Below, piece by piece: positions 12,176-24,391 of a stretch of 64,000 bases of DNA. The stretch is from Flectonema sp. DT1601. Its lineage: Eukaryota. The stretch spans positions 1,178,001-1,242,000 of the forward strand of contig OZ025792.1 in NCBI GenBank assembly GCA_964019425.1, read 5' to 3'. Made by a program: the position numbers and the translations under genes. Each line of letters begins with the position of its first letter. Position 1 is the stretch's first letter. The notes below the pieces were generated by a model. The model had not been told where the DNA came from, ran no database searches, and saw nothing but the letters and a program-made list of their open reading frames with translations.

Positions 12176-12360
12176 TCTCGATAAACGATAACAATGAGCT
12201 GCTGAAACATTGTTCCGGTTGGGCGTTAAAACGAAGTAAAAAGTATTCATTAGCTGCTTGTTTCATGAGGGACCATCAAATTCAACTCAGCGATGCAATA
12301 CTGAAAGTAATTTAGTGGTAGAACAGCAACTTACACTAACCTGATAGTCTGATAACTTCC

Positions 12361-15285
12361 TCATATTCTGTAGGAAGCCGTACTAATTATCCGACTGTTT
12401 GATAATTCTGAAGGTGTTTCTGTAGACGCTCGTAAAGTCATAAAGGAAGTCGGGCTCGACCTGCTCTGTTCCAACGAACTGAGACTTACTAACAACTGCT
12501 GCATTGACACTCCGAGTTCGATGTTTGAATCCTCAGCGATGTCCCTCTCAAGCTTCAATTCCCTGACGGCATAAAACACGTCGAGAATGTAACAAACGAT
12601 GTCGTAGAGAGCCCTCACAACGCAAAGAATCAACAACATCGGCGCCAACACCAGCTCCCCTCCAAATCCAGCGAGAGAACATGCGGTCAGAGTGCAGGTT
12701 GACAAACACGTAGCAACAGACAGCTGAGCTAGGAAGTTCGAGCTGTAGATCCAACACTTTGAAATCATCGCAACCTGCAAAGCGTTCACAACAAATAATA
12801 CCCATCCTCTTACACTACAACTTTCAATAAATAATACCAAAACAACAGGAATAGTCATCCAGAACTCAAGAAGGAAATAGTGTCCTCTGACCCATTTCTG
12901 CTCCGTGTGAGCATCAAATACCATCCCGTTTGACTCCACGTACGAATCGTTGATGTCTGTGGATTCCCACGCAGCCTCTCCCAAGAAGTAAATAAATAAT
13001 TTACTCTTCGGAACTGTTCCTTTGATAAACTGACACTTCGATGAGTCAAGTTTGAATAACCAAACTACAACACCGGTAATCCCTATCGAGCAGCAGACTC
13101 CTAAAACCGCAATGCCAGGCAGCTTTCCTTCCTTGAGCAGCAGGACGCTACAAGTCGCGACGTTTACGACACACATGAGCAACGGAGGAATGACAGCAGA
13201 CGGATATCTCAGCTTCCGTGCTACTGATTTCCGTTGAGACGCACCCGTGCAAGCCTCAACTATAAAGTGAAGTCCCAAATGAATGAGCACAACACTAAAA
13301 CAAATCACAACACCGCCAACTACGGCTCCCGCCCAATACGAACCGGCAACCGGAAACCTAAGGGGGTGGATGAAAACGTCTAACTCCTCGTTGTCAGTTT
13401 CAACGAAACACGTTATTCTTCTCACAGTATGAGCGATAGCTACTGCGTTAGTTCCTGACGTGGTCATAGCCCCGGCCGCCATTGCTATACTTGATGATGC
13501 AGTAACAACACTGCTTCTGGCAATCGGGTCCTTCCTTTGAACAGGGGGAATCACTTCACTTTCAATTTTTCCAGGTGGTGACTTCGTTGACGGAACTACA
13601 GTTAGAATGGCAGTTGTGGCACCGCTCGTCCGAACAGAAGTTGCAACTAACGTCGGGACTGCAGTGGGAACAACAGTTGTCGGGCCTATGATCGGAACCG
13701 CCATTGGATTTGCAGTCGGAACTGCGGAAGGCATAGTTGTTGAATTCGCGGTCCGGACCTCCGTGGGAACAGTCGTAGGCACAACAGTGAGAACAAGTGC
13801 CGGAACAGCAGTAGTGATCGCTGTGGGAACAAGCGTTGGCAATGTCGTTGGCACCGCAGTCGGAACAGAAGTTGGCATGTCAGTAATGGCTGTTGGTGCT
13901 GCAGTTGGTATGGCTGTAGGAATGGCTGTTGGTACTGCAGTTGGTATGGCTGTAGGAATGGCTGTTGGTACTGCAGTTGGTATGGCTGTAGGAATGGCCG
14001 TTGGAATGGATGTTGGTACTGCAGTTGGTATGGCAGTAGGAATGGTTGATGTTGCTGCCGTAGGCACTACTGTCGGAACTTCTGTTGGAATGGATGTTGG
14101 TACAGCCGTAGGCACTGCTGTCGGAACGGCTGTTGGAACGGATGTTGGTACTGCCGTAGGCACGGCTGTCGGAACGGATGTTGGTACTGCAGTTAGTATG
14201 GTAGTAGGAACGGCTGCTGGACCTGCCGTAGGCACTGCTATCGAAATGCCTGTAGGAACGGATGCTGGTACTGCAGTTAGTATGGAAGTAGGAACGGCCG
14301 TTGGTACTTCCGTGGGCACTACTGTCGGAATGGCTGTTGGAACAGGTGTTTGTCTTCCGTAAAGCTTACAGGTACCAGTTAATTTATTGAGAGTGTAAAT
14401 AAAGTCTGACACTGCAATAATTTCATCAGCGGCATTCGCTACGGTTTCGGCAATTCCACCGTCAAAAACTTGAAGATTGGGACCGATACCGTAAGCTACT
14501 CCTGGAGTGTCTCCATGTTGACAGGTTACGTCTAACATATTACCAGGGTTAGTTATTACACGGGCGGGTAGTAAATAAACTAATCCACCGAAGAAAGTAT
14601 TGTCTCCCACGGCAAAGACATATCCGTTGCAGGCAACAATGCGCGCGAGTTTGTTCGTGTCGGAGAAAAATGTCGCCGAAGAGAATTTAGTGATTAGTGA
14701 ACTGACACTTGGAGTACTGGTTGCGTAGTCACCGAGGAAAAATATCATCCCAGAGGACTTGTCTACTGTAATCGATCCGATGTCTCTATATCTTAAGAAG
14801 CTTCCTGAGCTGTCTACAGTTGCCATGGCAATGTTTGCCATTTCGAAGTATATTATCCCTTCGTTTTGACATGCGCCATAGATAGTAGTTCCCTTAGCAG
14901 CGAGTTCAAGACAACTTCCAGTGTATGGAAATACCATCGCATTCGCAGTGTCAATTGCACCACCAGCAAGAATAGGAAATACATGTAGCTTACCAGGTTC
15001 AGCAGCAACCAAATAAGGTGTTCCTCCGATAGTTATTGAAGTAGCAGTAATAATGTTTGAAGTATAACTCTCTGTTGACACAGATGAACACTGAGTAGTT
15101 TCAGGATCAAGCTGTCTGATCTGAGTACCAGAAAATATGTACATCCACTTGTCATAAACAGCCATTGTTCCTAATGTACCGTATCCAACACTATCAATAA
15201 AAACTGTTTTGTAGCATGTTGCTAATTGCACTACAGTCAGAAGGATGAAAAACGTCCCCACATGCCTGAGGGTACTTGCCGCCAT
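12361..15285 (-). CDS. Surface receptor/adhesin B1: same ectodomain family, PTAV stalk, type-B multi-TM C-terminus
   Basis: 990-aa ORF. The N-terminus is homologous to A1; the C-terminus (FIHPLRFPVAG..GAVVGG plus hydrophobic helices) is only distantly similar to type A. Confidence 0.85.
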   Translation of the reverse strand: MAASTLRHVGTFFILLTVVQLATCYKTVFIDSVGYGTLGTMAVYDKWMYIFSGTQIRQLDPETTQCSSVSTESYTSNIITATSITIGGTPYLVAAEPGKLHVFPILAGGAIDTANAMVFPYTGSCLELAAKGTTIYGACQNEGIIYFEMANIAMATVDSSGSFLRYRDIGSITVDKSSGMIFFLGDYATSTPSVSSLITKFSSATFFSDTNKLARIVACNGYVFAVGDNTFFGGLVYLLPARVITNPGNMLDVTCQHGDTPGVAYGIGPNLQVFDGGIAETVANAADEIIAVSDFIYTLNKLTGTCKLYGRQTPVPTAIPTVVPTEVPTAVPTSILTAVPASVPTGISIAVPTAGPAAVPTTILTAVPTSVPTAVPTAVPTSVPTAVPTAVPTAVPTSIPTEVPTVVPTAATSTIPTAIPTAVPTSIPTAIPTAIPTAVPTAIPTAIPTAVPTAIPTAIPTAAPTAITDMPTSVPTAVPTTLPTLVPTAITTAVPALVLTVVPTTVPTEVRTANSTTMPSAVPTANPMAVPIIGPTTVVPTAVPTLVATSVRTSGATTAILTVVPSTKSPPGKIESEVIPPVQRKDPIARSSVVTASSSIAMAAGAMTTSGTNAVAIAHTVRRITCFVETDNEELDVFIHPLRFPVAGSYWAGAVVGGVVICFSVVLIHLGLHFIVEACTGASQRKSVARKLRYPSAVIPPLLMCVVNVATCSVLLLKEGKLPGIAVLGVCCSIGITGVVVWLFKLDSSKCQFIKGTVPKSKLFIYFLGEAAWESTDINDSYVESNGMVFDAHTEQKWVRGHYFLLEFWMTIPVVLVLFIESCSVRGWVLFVVNALQVAMISKCWIYSSNFLAQLSVATCLSTCTLTACSLAGFGGELVLAPMLLILCVVRALYDIVCYILDVFYAVRELKLERDIAEDSNIELGVSMQQLLVSLSSLEQSRSSPTSFMTLRASTETPSELSNSRIISTASYRI

Positions 15286-15647
15286 ACTGTGTGGGTGGCT
15301 GTGAGTGAAGAACATGTAAAATATAATACTCAAATTACTTCGTCAATCAATTCTACTCTGATGAGGGGCATCTTGTCAATTGAAACTTCTGCATAATTGT
15401 GATAACTGATGCAAAGATGAGAATAAGAGTAAAATAATTTCATTACCTTGTCTTCAACAGAGTTAGAAAGATTGGGTGTAGACTCCCAATAACCACTACT
15501 GGGAATCAGTTGCGTGGTACAAATGAATAATATTAAGAATGTTCTCTCTGTTGAATGCGAACTTTGCACAATCCAAGCAAAGGTTAGCAGGACGTACGCT
15601 GTTTGTGTGAATGGAAGTGATATCTTTTTGAACAAGAATTCTGCTGA

Positions 15648-17252
15648 TCAGCAGCTTGTTCGTCTCCGGAGTTCGTCACTGCGGCTTTCCTTGGCCTTCT
15701 TTTCCCATTTTTTCCACAGTTTCGTAGCCTTCCCCCAAGAAGAATACTTCTGAAACGGACACTGCACAATGGTGGATTTGCGGGGATTGTTTTCAGCAAG
15801 GCAAACCTTACATTCCAGACAAGATGAACAAACAGGTTGGTCCCAAACACAAGGAGGTGAATTAGGACACAGCGGTGCATAAGAACACGTCAGCACACAG
15901 CAATGACAAGACTCACACCTCGTTGACATTACTTCCGGGAGACCAGATTTAATATCTGGCAGGCACAGGTTGTCTCCCAATAAAGTCACGTAACCGAGAG
16001 TTGACTGACCCCAATACGTCTTTGATTCGTCGACGTCTTTTTCGTATCGTAAATCCACTTTATCAATTCGCATGACAGACCCTCTGCTCCAAATCCAATT
16101 GTGAACCATTGGATCGGGGTATCTTGGAGTAGCAAGTTGTTCACCTAAGAAAATAACTCTTTGTTCCTCAGTAACTCCGAGAGCTAATATGGTTTCCAAA
16201 TTGATGTGAGGAATAAACGACATTGGAGGAATCTTACGTGACAGAGCTTGCTTCTTACTCGTCACCACGAACTCTACTTCATTTGTTTCCGAAGTGAATT
16301 TCAATTCAACCGATCTGCCCCATTGAGATTCAGGAGCTACCCAAGTCTTCCGACACTTTCTCGATATCGAGAGTAATTTTAATCGAAAAACAGAAGTACC
16401 CTTCACGTGATTACGGGCAATCTCCGAAACCATAGCCTCGATTCCAACAAGCTCACTCTTGAAGTTGAAATTGCTCCGTGCCTCGACATAAGTTATTCTA
16501 GACATCGGTACTATTTTTCTTAGAAGCGACGTCCCCTGCAAGGACTGCCAATCAGATAACAGCAGTACGTTGTTAAACATGTTGCAAGAACGGAACAGGG
16601 GTTCGTATAATGAAGGATTCGAAGGAAGAAAAACTGATAAATACCTCTGAAAGCCACGAACCATGTTAGAACCTGATGCTCTTGTTGAAGCAGAAGTCAA
16701 CGACAAGACAGAACAGTTTTCATGAGATTTAGAATACAGCTGGCCGATAGTCACATCATCATTCGGATGACTATTTAAAACCTCAACCATAAAAGGATCT
16801 GGATAGTTCTCATCTGTTGGGATCCAGTGTCGCAATATGTTCCAAAGGCTCTCAGTTTCACCCGTAATTCTGCCGTCACCGTCGAGGTCTAATTCTCTTA
16901 AAGGTTTTAAGACATCTACGAATGTATTCTTCCATCGTAATACATCTTCTTCAGACACCTCTACAGTGTTGTCAGCTGTATTCTGTTCGTCTTTTGATTC
17001 AGAAGGCAACACAAAATTTGAATACTTCGTAGGCCTCCCACCAGAAGGTATTTCCGGTGGTGCTACCAACTGAACATACTGTGATGATTTTGAGATGTCG
17101 GTGGTTGCCGTTTTCAGGAGTTCCTTCTTAGGTTCCGGAAGAGTGACCTCCGTCGTAGACGACCCCTTTTCCGGTTCCCACACTACTGCGTGACCTGCCA
17201 CAAGCAGGTATATGCCCATTATAACAACAATCAATATTCTGTAGTTAGTCAT
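15648..17252 (-). CDS. 534-aa secreted/type II membrane protein with an EF-hand-like loop, possible kinase-like motif and Cys-rich tail (K1)
   Basis: N-terminal hydrophobic segment; DLDGDGRITGETE; HINLETILALG..YPDPMVHNWIWSRGSVMRID; CxxC-rich C-terminus; near-identical copy at 33793-35397. Confidence 0.8.
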   Translation of the reverse strand: MTNYRILIVVIMGIYLLVAGHAVVWEPEKGSSTTEVTLPEPKKELLKTATTDISKSSQYVQLVAPPEIPSGGRPTKYSNFVLPSESKDEQNTADNTVEVSEEDVLRWKNTFVDVLKPLRELDLDGDGRITGETESLWNILRHWIPTDENYPDPFMVEVLNSHPNDDVTIGQLYSKSHENCSVLSLTSASTRASGSNMVRGFQRYLSVFLPSNPSLYEPLFRSCNMFNNVLLLSDWQSLQGTSLLRKIVPMSRITYVEARSNFNFKSELVGIEAMVSEIARNHVKGTSVFRLKLLSISRKCRKTWVAPESQWGRSVELKFTSETNEVEFVVTSKKQALSRKIPPMSFIPHINLETILALGVTEEQRVIFLGEQLATPRYPDPMVHNWIWSRGSVMRIDKVDLRYEKDVDESKTYWGQSTLGYVTLLGDNLCLPDIKSGLPEVMSTRCESCHCCVLTCSYAPLCPNSPPCVWDQPVCSSCLECKVCLAENNPRKSTIVQCPFQKYSSWGKATKLWKKWEKKAKESRSDELRRRTSC

Positions 17253-17956
17253 CTGATTGTATTCAGGGCTGGTGAATGTAATTTTATAACTTCACATGAC
17301 ACACGATCAAGATCTTCGTCCTTACCAGTTGTCTCTCTCTCTTGTACTCTTGTCTCAACATTCACAACAGTCAGGGAATTAAGACTCAGGTGGGGACAAA
17401 TAGAGAAAGAATGTCTATCATGAGTGTTAGAATAACTCACGACAACAAACGGAAACAATCTCCTTCTGATACTCAACAATGGATTGTGAAATAGCTTCAA
17501 CTGAATGAATGTAATAAACTTTCAAATGAGGGAGAAAGTTTTCTTCATGAAATAATCACACGAGAGGATCAAATCCGCCATAAAATAGAAAATAAAGAAC
17601 CGTAACAGGACTTCGTCCCCATTCATCCCTAATTTGAGAATGTTTACAAAACATATAAATATGTGAATTGTATCAAAGATAACTAATATAAACACTAACA
17701 ATTTATGCATAAATACTTTGTTAGGTTTATCAGAGAGGGTTAACTATTGATATTACCTATGTATTATATCAAATGTTAACTGTTATTTATTTATCGCAGT
17801 CAAGGGAATAAACTTGGGATCAGACAGGGGAGTAACTTAGATATAAAAATCAAAGTTATGGAGAGTTGAGATGGATGGGATTTCACACATAAAAAATCTT
17901 TATTTATGAGATAATTTCATGTGTTAAATTGCCGCAAAAAAAAACTTTTTTTTTTT

Positions 17957-18130
17957 TTAGCAAAATACAAACTGATGACTACGAGGGGTCTGGGTAGCCC
18001 GCATCAGTAAGGACCCAATCGCGAAGATTGTAGTTTCATTGTATTGGCTGGAATTGATCGACTTCCAGCCTCCACCTTGCCCAGAGGCAAACAGGTTGTA
18101 AACAAAATGACGCAAAAAAAATGGCAGGAA
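17957..18130 (+). repeat. Short dispersed repeat, copy 2 (mostly missing at the paralogous site near 28625)
   Basis: Aligns with 523-705. Confidence 0.75.
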
Positions 18131-20113
18131 AAAAAAAAAAAAAAAAAAAATGACAGAATTAGAACAGGAAAAAAAAAAATAAAATAAAATATGACAGAAT
18201 TAGAACTTTTCAAGTAAAGATTAGGAAATAGTAACAAAATTATTTTCTTTTTTTTTTTAATTTCAAGAAAAATTGAAAAAAAAAATAAGAATTATGCTTT
18301 TGTGGTCTGATTTTTTTTTTTTTTTAATCAAGCCGTCAAATCCTCGAGAATATTTCATCACGAGAACAAGTCCTCACAGATCCAGTAAAAGAAGAAGAAT
18401 CGTAAGTTGCAGCTTTCAACGTTGTGAAACTAAAAATACAATAAAAAGACAATGCAAAGTCACTGGAAAGATTGAGAACGTTATCAAAAAAGAGAGTTTC
18501 AACCTCTCTGTGGTACTTCACAAAAAGAACAAAAAATCACTGCGCAAGTAAAATAATAACAAACAGGAACATAGAGTAAGCAATGCAACGCGACATCGCA
18601 ATTTCATTTATTGAGCTTCAATGGTTGAATTACGATTTTACACTCTCTGAAGAAACGTTCACAAGTTTATAAAAAATCAAAGAAGAGAGAAGATAAGAGA
18701 AGAGACACAAAGAAAGGATCGAGCGATCGTTTCTTTAGCACTCTATGTTGATAACTAAAAGCGGGACAGGCTCAACGTAAACAGCAGGAAGACAGAAGTG
18801 AACATTCACAACATGCGAATCACATTCTGAAGATAATAATGCTGAATCAATCAAGGCAGAGATAAGGAATCGCTAAACGCAGACAACAAAGTCTTGGAAT
18901 CAACAAGAATGCAAGATAATATAAAATAGAAAAAGGGGAAAGGAAAAGGAAACTTTTTGACACGCAACTGATCGCATTCCAATCTTGTTCTCGCTCTTAC
19001 GCGTGCTGAAGGCGCACACAGTCCCCTTAAGAAGGGCGGCACTGTTTTAGAAAAAGGACGTAGAACGCCTAAGACTTAAGCGACGAGCGTCTACTAAGAA
19101 CATGCTAAACTACGGATCACTTATTTCTCTACAACTAAATTGGTTAAACTCTACAAGTCGATTATTAAAAAATAAATAAGAATTCGTACACCCGTTATCT
19201 GGTTACTAATAACTTGCATGATTTGTTCCTATTTTGTTCCTTTTATTGTTGCTAAAATAACTAAATCATTGCGAAAATGAAATCCTTCAGGGGATAGTTG
19301 TTAGACTTTGTAAAAACTTCTGTGGTTAATTGCATCTTTTTCGAGGCTCAATATATATATCAGTCAAAATTATTTTTTGCGACCAAATTCTGGAATGAAA
19401 AATTGGGAGGTTGGCATCACATACTTGTCACCCAAATCGAGAAGAGATTTTGTGGTTTACCGAATCTGGAATATGGACAAGTACCAAAACTAAAATTTGG
19501 TCTACTTTGACACTTGCTGGCCCAGCGGGATCCAGAGAAAAGAAAACCGAGCAAATATATATTGGCAGGTTGTACTACTTGTCCTTTTGTACTTACTTTG
19601 AGCCATTCGCTGATATCCTGAGTGAGGCTCTGGATTCTGCTACGAAGAACTGGGTTGGTTAGTTAGTTCGTAGTGCACATCTCTTGAGGGCAAGGGGGAA
19701 GTGGGAAGGGGGAAGGGGGAAAAAAGCAAAAAAAGGTAAGATTAGTGGTGTTTTTTACTCAGATTTTCTTGATCTTTCCATTGCAGATCTGGGATTTATA
19801 TTAATCGTTGAGTACTACCAAGGAAATCTTGCAAAGAGACGTTTATCTCCTTTTAGCAGCACTAACTATGTTTTAAAGTACATCCCTATCCCTCCCTGAT
19901 TCCAAAAAAATAAAAGAAAATTGTATTGTGTAACCGTGCTCAGGCAGTGAGAAAATGGTGTTTTTTGGTCGCAAAGAATAATTTTGACTGATATATTTAC
20001 CACTGTGCAGTAGATTTATTTAATAATCATATTTAAGAGGTAATACAACAAGATAAGAAGAACAACAGTATACAGCAGGCAGGTAGTGTACTAAATCACT
20101 GTTGACGAAATAA

Positions 20114-22801
20114 CTAAAATTCATCCATCTTTGAACTTCTGCTATCCCCATCCAGGAATTCTTGTCTCATTAAAGAAAGCTCTAAAGAAGTTTCCCCTGT
20201 TGGTAAATTCCTCATCGTCAACACTGAACCAGAATTCGATGTCCTTGAAAACGAAGCCAACGGATGCATCGATGGCAGCGGCGACAACGTGTCTCTCATC
20301 GACAATCCCAAACTCGATCTCATCGGCATTGACTCGCTTACTACAGAAGTCTCATCAAGCTTCTTATTCTTTTCCCAATGTCTTTGTTGTACTCGAGTTC
20401 GAATACCCTTGCACAGAATGTATCCTTCAACAAGAACATCAATTCCTGACTTAACTATTAAAACCATTACCGAAGCAAATAGCAAAGCAGAAGCAATTTG
20501 GAAACCGTAGTGTCCGGTGTTCTCTTCGTAGTAACCTGCTGCCATGAAGAAAAGAGCAGCTGCCTGGAGACCGAGGAGGACGAAGTCAAAGGCGCTGTCA
20601 CGTGCTCGACAGTGCGGCCACAGAATTGCTACGAGTACAAGGAGAATCAGAAAGAGAAACCCTTCAAAAAGTTTCTTGTGTCCGCACTGAATTAAAGTGC
20701 TGGTATTGAGAGACTCCACAGCACTGATCGCAAGCATCGAAGCAAACTCCACAATACTAAACCAAACTACTTCCTGACGAAATGATCCAATCACTGTTCT
20801 GTAACGATTCACCCAATGAAGCTCAACATGATTGCTGACCCATTCTCCAGGTCCCATCAACAGTCGCTTCAATCCATAACGAGCATCATCAGCGTACACT
20901 GCCTGACTAGGAACTCCCTTCCTGCATTCTCTAAAGATAAATATTGGAACAGCAACACAACCACAACACGTTACCAATCCTATTATAAAGTGAAATGGCG
21001 TATTCGGGTAGCTCACAAGAGACATCCCACCTTGTGTCGTACCTTGGTATAAGAATTGGAAGACGAACAACGGAGCCGAAGGAAATCTCAGTAATCCCTG
21101 AGTGTCCAAACCATTGAACAACTTTGGGGCACAACTCGTACCTCCCCGTTCTGCTATCTTCAACATGAAGAAACACAATACTGCAAACCCGAATGATATC
21201 ATCACATTCCCAGCCACCATTCCAAGCACATAACTGTCTCCGATTTTCCACTGTGTCGGGTGTAGAGGTAGAGGGTACTCCCTCGATGAATTATTCTCAT
21301 TTCCAACACGACAGCTACCAGATATCGCAACCAACCGCAAGGCTGGTCCCGCTGATGCACCGGCTCCCAAAGCAGAAGCCGCCGCAGCTGCCGAACCCAC
21401 CTTTTCAACGGTCTCGGTCGTCTTCTTGTCGATCACTGGTGGAACTTCTGTTGGAAGTGTGGCAGTCTCAGGCACGCTAGTGGAAGGAACAGGAGTAGGA
21501 GGTAACGGAGAAGGCATCGGTGTCGGAATTGCAGTCGGAACGAAAGTTGGAACGGCCGTCGGAATGGCGGTAGGAACGGCTGTTGGCACCGCTGTCGGTA
21601 TGGCTGTCGGAATTGCGGTGCGGACAGCTGTTGGCACCGCTGTAGGGATAGCTGTTGGAACAGCCGTTGGCACTGTGGTAGGCATGGCTGTTGGAACAGC
21701 GGTCGGAATTGCGGTGGGGACAGCTGTTGGCACAGCAGTGGGTACAGATGTTGGCGCAGCTGTAGGAACGGCGGTCGGAATTGCGGTAGGCACAGCTGTT
21801 GGTACTGCCGTTGGCACTGCGGTTGGCACTGCTGTCGGAATAGCTGTTGGAACAGGTGTTATTCTTCCGTAAAGCTTACAGGTACCAGTTAATTTATTGA
21901 GAGTGTAAATAAAGTCTGACACTGCAAGAATTTGATCAGCATTATTCGGTACGGTATCGGCAATTCCACCGTCGAAGACCGGAAGAGTGGGACCGATACC
22001 GTAAGCTACTCCCGGAGCGTCTCCATTATGACAGGTTGCGTCTAACATATTACCAGGGTTAGTTGTTACACGGTTGAATGAAAGTAAACTAGACTTTCCA
22101 CCGAAGAAAGTATTCTCTCCTATGCAAAAGACATATCCGTTGCAGGCAATAATGCTTTTGAGTTTGTTCGTGTCGTAGAAATATGTCCCAGAAGACCCTT
22201 TGCTGCTTAGGCTACTGACACCTGGAGCACTGGTTGAGTATTTACTGAGGAAATATATCTTACCAGTGGACGTGTCTACGGTAATCGATCCGATGTCTTG
22301 ATTTCTTAAGAAGCTTCCTGAGCTGTCTACAGTTCCCATGGCAATGTTTGCCATTTCGAAGAAAACTATCCCTTTGTTTTGACATGCGCCATAGATAGTT
22401 TTTCCCTTAGCAGCGAGTTCAAGACAACTTCCAGAGTATTGAAAATCCATCACATTCATAGTGTCAATTGCACCACCAGCAAGAATAGGAAATACATGTA
22501 GCTTACCAGGTTCAGCAGCAACCATATAAGGTGTTCCTCCGATAGTTATTGAAGTAGCAGTAATAATGTTTGAAGCGTAACCCTTTGTTGTCATAACTGT
22601 GCACTGAGTAGTTTCAGGATCAAACTGTTTGATTTCAGTACCAGAAAATATGTACATCCAGTTGTCATAAACAGCCATTGTTTCTAAAGGAGGATTGTAT
22701 CCAACACTATCAAGAAAAACTGTTTTGTAGCATGTTGCTAATTGCACCACAGTCAGAAGGATGAAAAACGTCCCCACATGCCTGAAGGTACTTGCCGCCA
22801 T
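20114..22801 (-). CDS. Surface receptor/adhesin A2 (type-A C-terminus, shorter stalk)
   Basis: 911-aa ORF; N-terminus closest to A1, C-terminus closest to A3. Confidence 0.85.
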   Translation of the reverse strand: MAASTFRHVGTFFILLTVVQLATCYKTVFLDSVGYNPPLETMAVYDNWMYIFSGTEIKQFDPETTQCTVMTTKGYASNIITATSITIGGTPYMVAAEPGKLHVFPILAGGAIDTMNVMDFQYSGSCLELAAKGKTIYGACQNKGIVFFEMANIAMGTVDSSGSFLRNQDIGSITVDTSTGKIYFLSKYSTSAPGVSSLSSKGSSGTYFYDTNKLKSIIACNGYVFCIGENTFFGGKSSLLSFNRVTTNPGNMLDATCHNGDAPGVAYGIGPTLPVFDGGIADTVPNNADQILAVSDFIYTLNKLTGTCKLYGRITPVPTAIPTAVPTAVPTAVPTAVPTAIPTAVPTAAPTSVPTAVPTAVPTAIPTAVPTAMPTTVPTAVPTAIPTAVPTAVRTAIPTAIPTAVPTAVPTAIPTAVPTFVPTAIPTPMPSPLPPTPVPSTSVPETATLPTEVPPVIDKKTTETVEKVGSAAAAASALGAGASAGPALRLVAISGSCRVGNENNSSREYPLPLHPTQWKIGDSYVLGMVAGNVMISFGFAVLCFFMLKIAERGGTSCAPKLFNGLDTQGLLRFPSAPLFVFQFLYQGTTQGGMSLVSYPNTPFHFIIGLVTCCGCVAVPIFIFRECRKGVPSQAVYADDARYGLKRLLMGPGEWVSNHVELHWVNRYRTVIGSFRQEVVWFSIVEFASMLAISAVESLNTSTLIQCGHKKLFEGFLFLILLVLVAILWPHCRARDSAFDFVLLGLQAAALFFMAAGYYEENTGHYGFQIASALLFASVMVLIVKSGIDVLVEGYILCKGIRTRVQQRHWEKNKKLDETSVVSESMPMRSSLGLSMRDTLSPLPSMHPLASFSRTSNSGSVLTMRNLPTGETSLELSLMRQEFLDGDSRSSKMDEF

Positions 22802-22983
22802 ACTGTGTGGGTGGCTGTGAGTGAAGAACATGTAAAACATAATACTCAAATAACTTCGTCAATCAATTCTACTCTGATGAGGGGCATCTTGTCAATTGAA
22901 ACTTCTGCATAATTGTGATAACTGATGCAAAGATGAGAATAAGAGTAAAATAATTTCATTACCTTGTCTTCAAACATCCAAAT

Positions 22984-23176
22984 CATCGGTATTATTTTTC
23001 TTAGAAGCGAAGTCCCCTGCAAGGACTGCCAATCACATTACAGCAGTACGTTGTTAAACATGTTGCAAGAACGGAACAGGGGTTCGTATAATGAAGGATT
23101 CGAAGGAAGAAAAACTGATAAATACCTCTGAAAGCCACGAACCATGTTAGAACCTGATGCTCTTGTTGAAGCAGAA
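22984..23176 (-). pseudogene. Internal fragment of the 534-aa gene (second copy)
   Basis: Duplicate of 10766-10958. Confidence 0.85.
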
Positions 23177-24359
23177 ATTAATAATAATGACTCCAGAGTG
23201 CAGACGGCCGCTAACCAAGGAATCCTGGTATCATATTATGAACAACAATACTGAGAAATAATATCACCTTCAGAGATCATCTCATCAAATAGTTGACAAG
23301 TGTGTGAGACGATTATTAGTTTGTGGTGAAGACTTCAAAGCTAGGATGGTGTTTCAGAACACCGTCTGGAATGTGAAATACACTCACTTTTACGGAAACT
23401 GATAAAATACTAATTAGATTGCTTGAAAACAGAGGAGTTAACTACTACAGAGGACGCAACTCCCCCGAGCTAAAAAAAAAAAAGAAAATGGTCAAATTTT
23501 AAAGCGAGTGTAATTATGGAATACAAAATGTATTCTCGGGAGTGTAAATGTAATTTTACTAAAATCCGGGAGCATAAAAGTAACTCCTCCTTATTTATAA
23601 TCAATGCCGTGCACTTGTCACAAGTAGGGAAACAAAGAGTGTCTCAACCCACGATAACCCATCCTCACACAGAGCTATGCGTCATCTAACTGCCAACCAG
23701 TTGCCAGAATATCTTTTGTTTTTACTAACTGACCGAACAGTCAAAAAGAAATTCTGCAGACCCTCAATACCAACTGACTATGGTTAGTTAGCACATGAGT
23801 TTATTCTAAAATATGCGCTTAAGAAAACCCCACTAGAGGAACCAATCGAGGTTGCGTTTTTCGGAATGATCAACCAGCTGTCCACCTTGCCTATAGACTA
23901 GGTTGAAAACAGAAAATGAAAAAGAAAATGATTACGGGGTTTATGTATATTATGTAAATAAAATACAACTAGCATCATAATATAAACGATAATTTAATAT
24001 CTGTTAAAGATACAGTGAGGGAGAGGAGACTAAAATACCTAATTTCTATTTCATACCTTCGGATGTAATTTCGACTACATTCGATCAACAGAAAAAAAAA
24101 AAACAAAAAAGAGAGCAGAAAAAAACGAAATGAGCTAGTTTTGAGCATTTTCAAGAAAAAGTACATTTGTATCCAAAAACATAACCAATAAAGGTTGTAT
24201 CCAACAAGGCACAGTGTAGCAAACAGAAATAGCGAGTAGGACTCCTGTATTCTGTTTAGATATTTATTTCGTAGAGTTAATTTTTTTAAAGTTAACGAAA
24301 AGTAATATTTCCAATCAAAGATGGCAATGCATCGCTGACAGCAAACACGAACCTAACAC

Positions 24360-24391
<32 letters not shown>

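Noticed and set aside
17964..18046. Hammerhead ribozyme (CTGATGA flanked by AATACAA/TTGTATT)
   Set aside because: No correctly placed GAAA and stem III on the same strand, and copy 1 has CTGAGGA. Kept only as a generic structured repeat.
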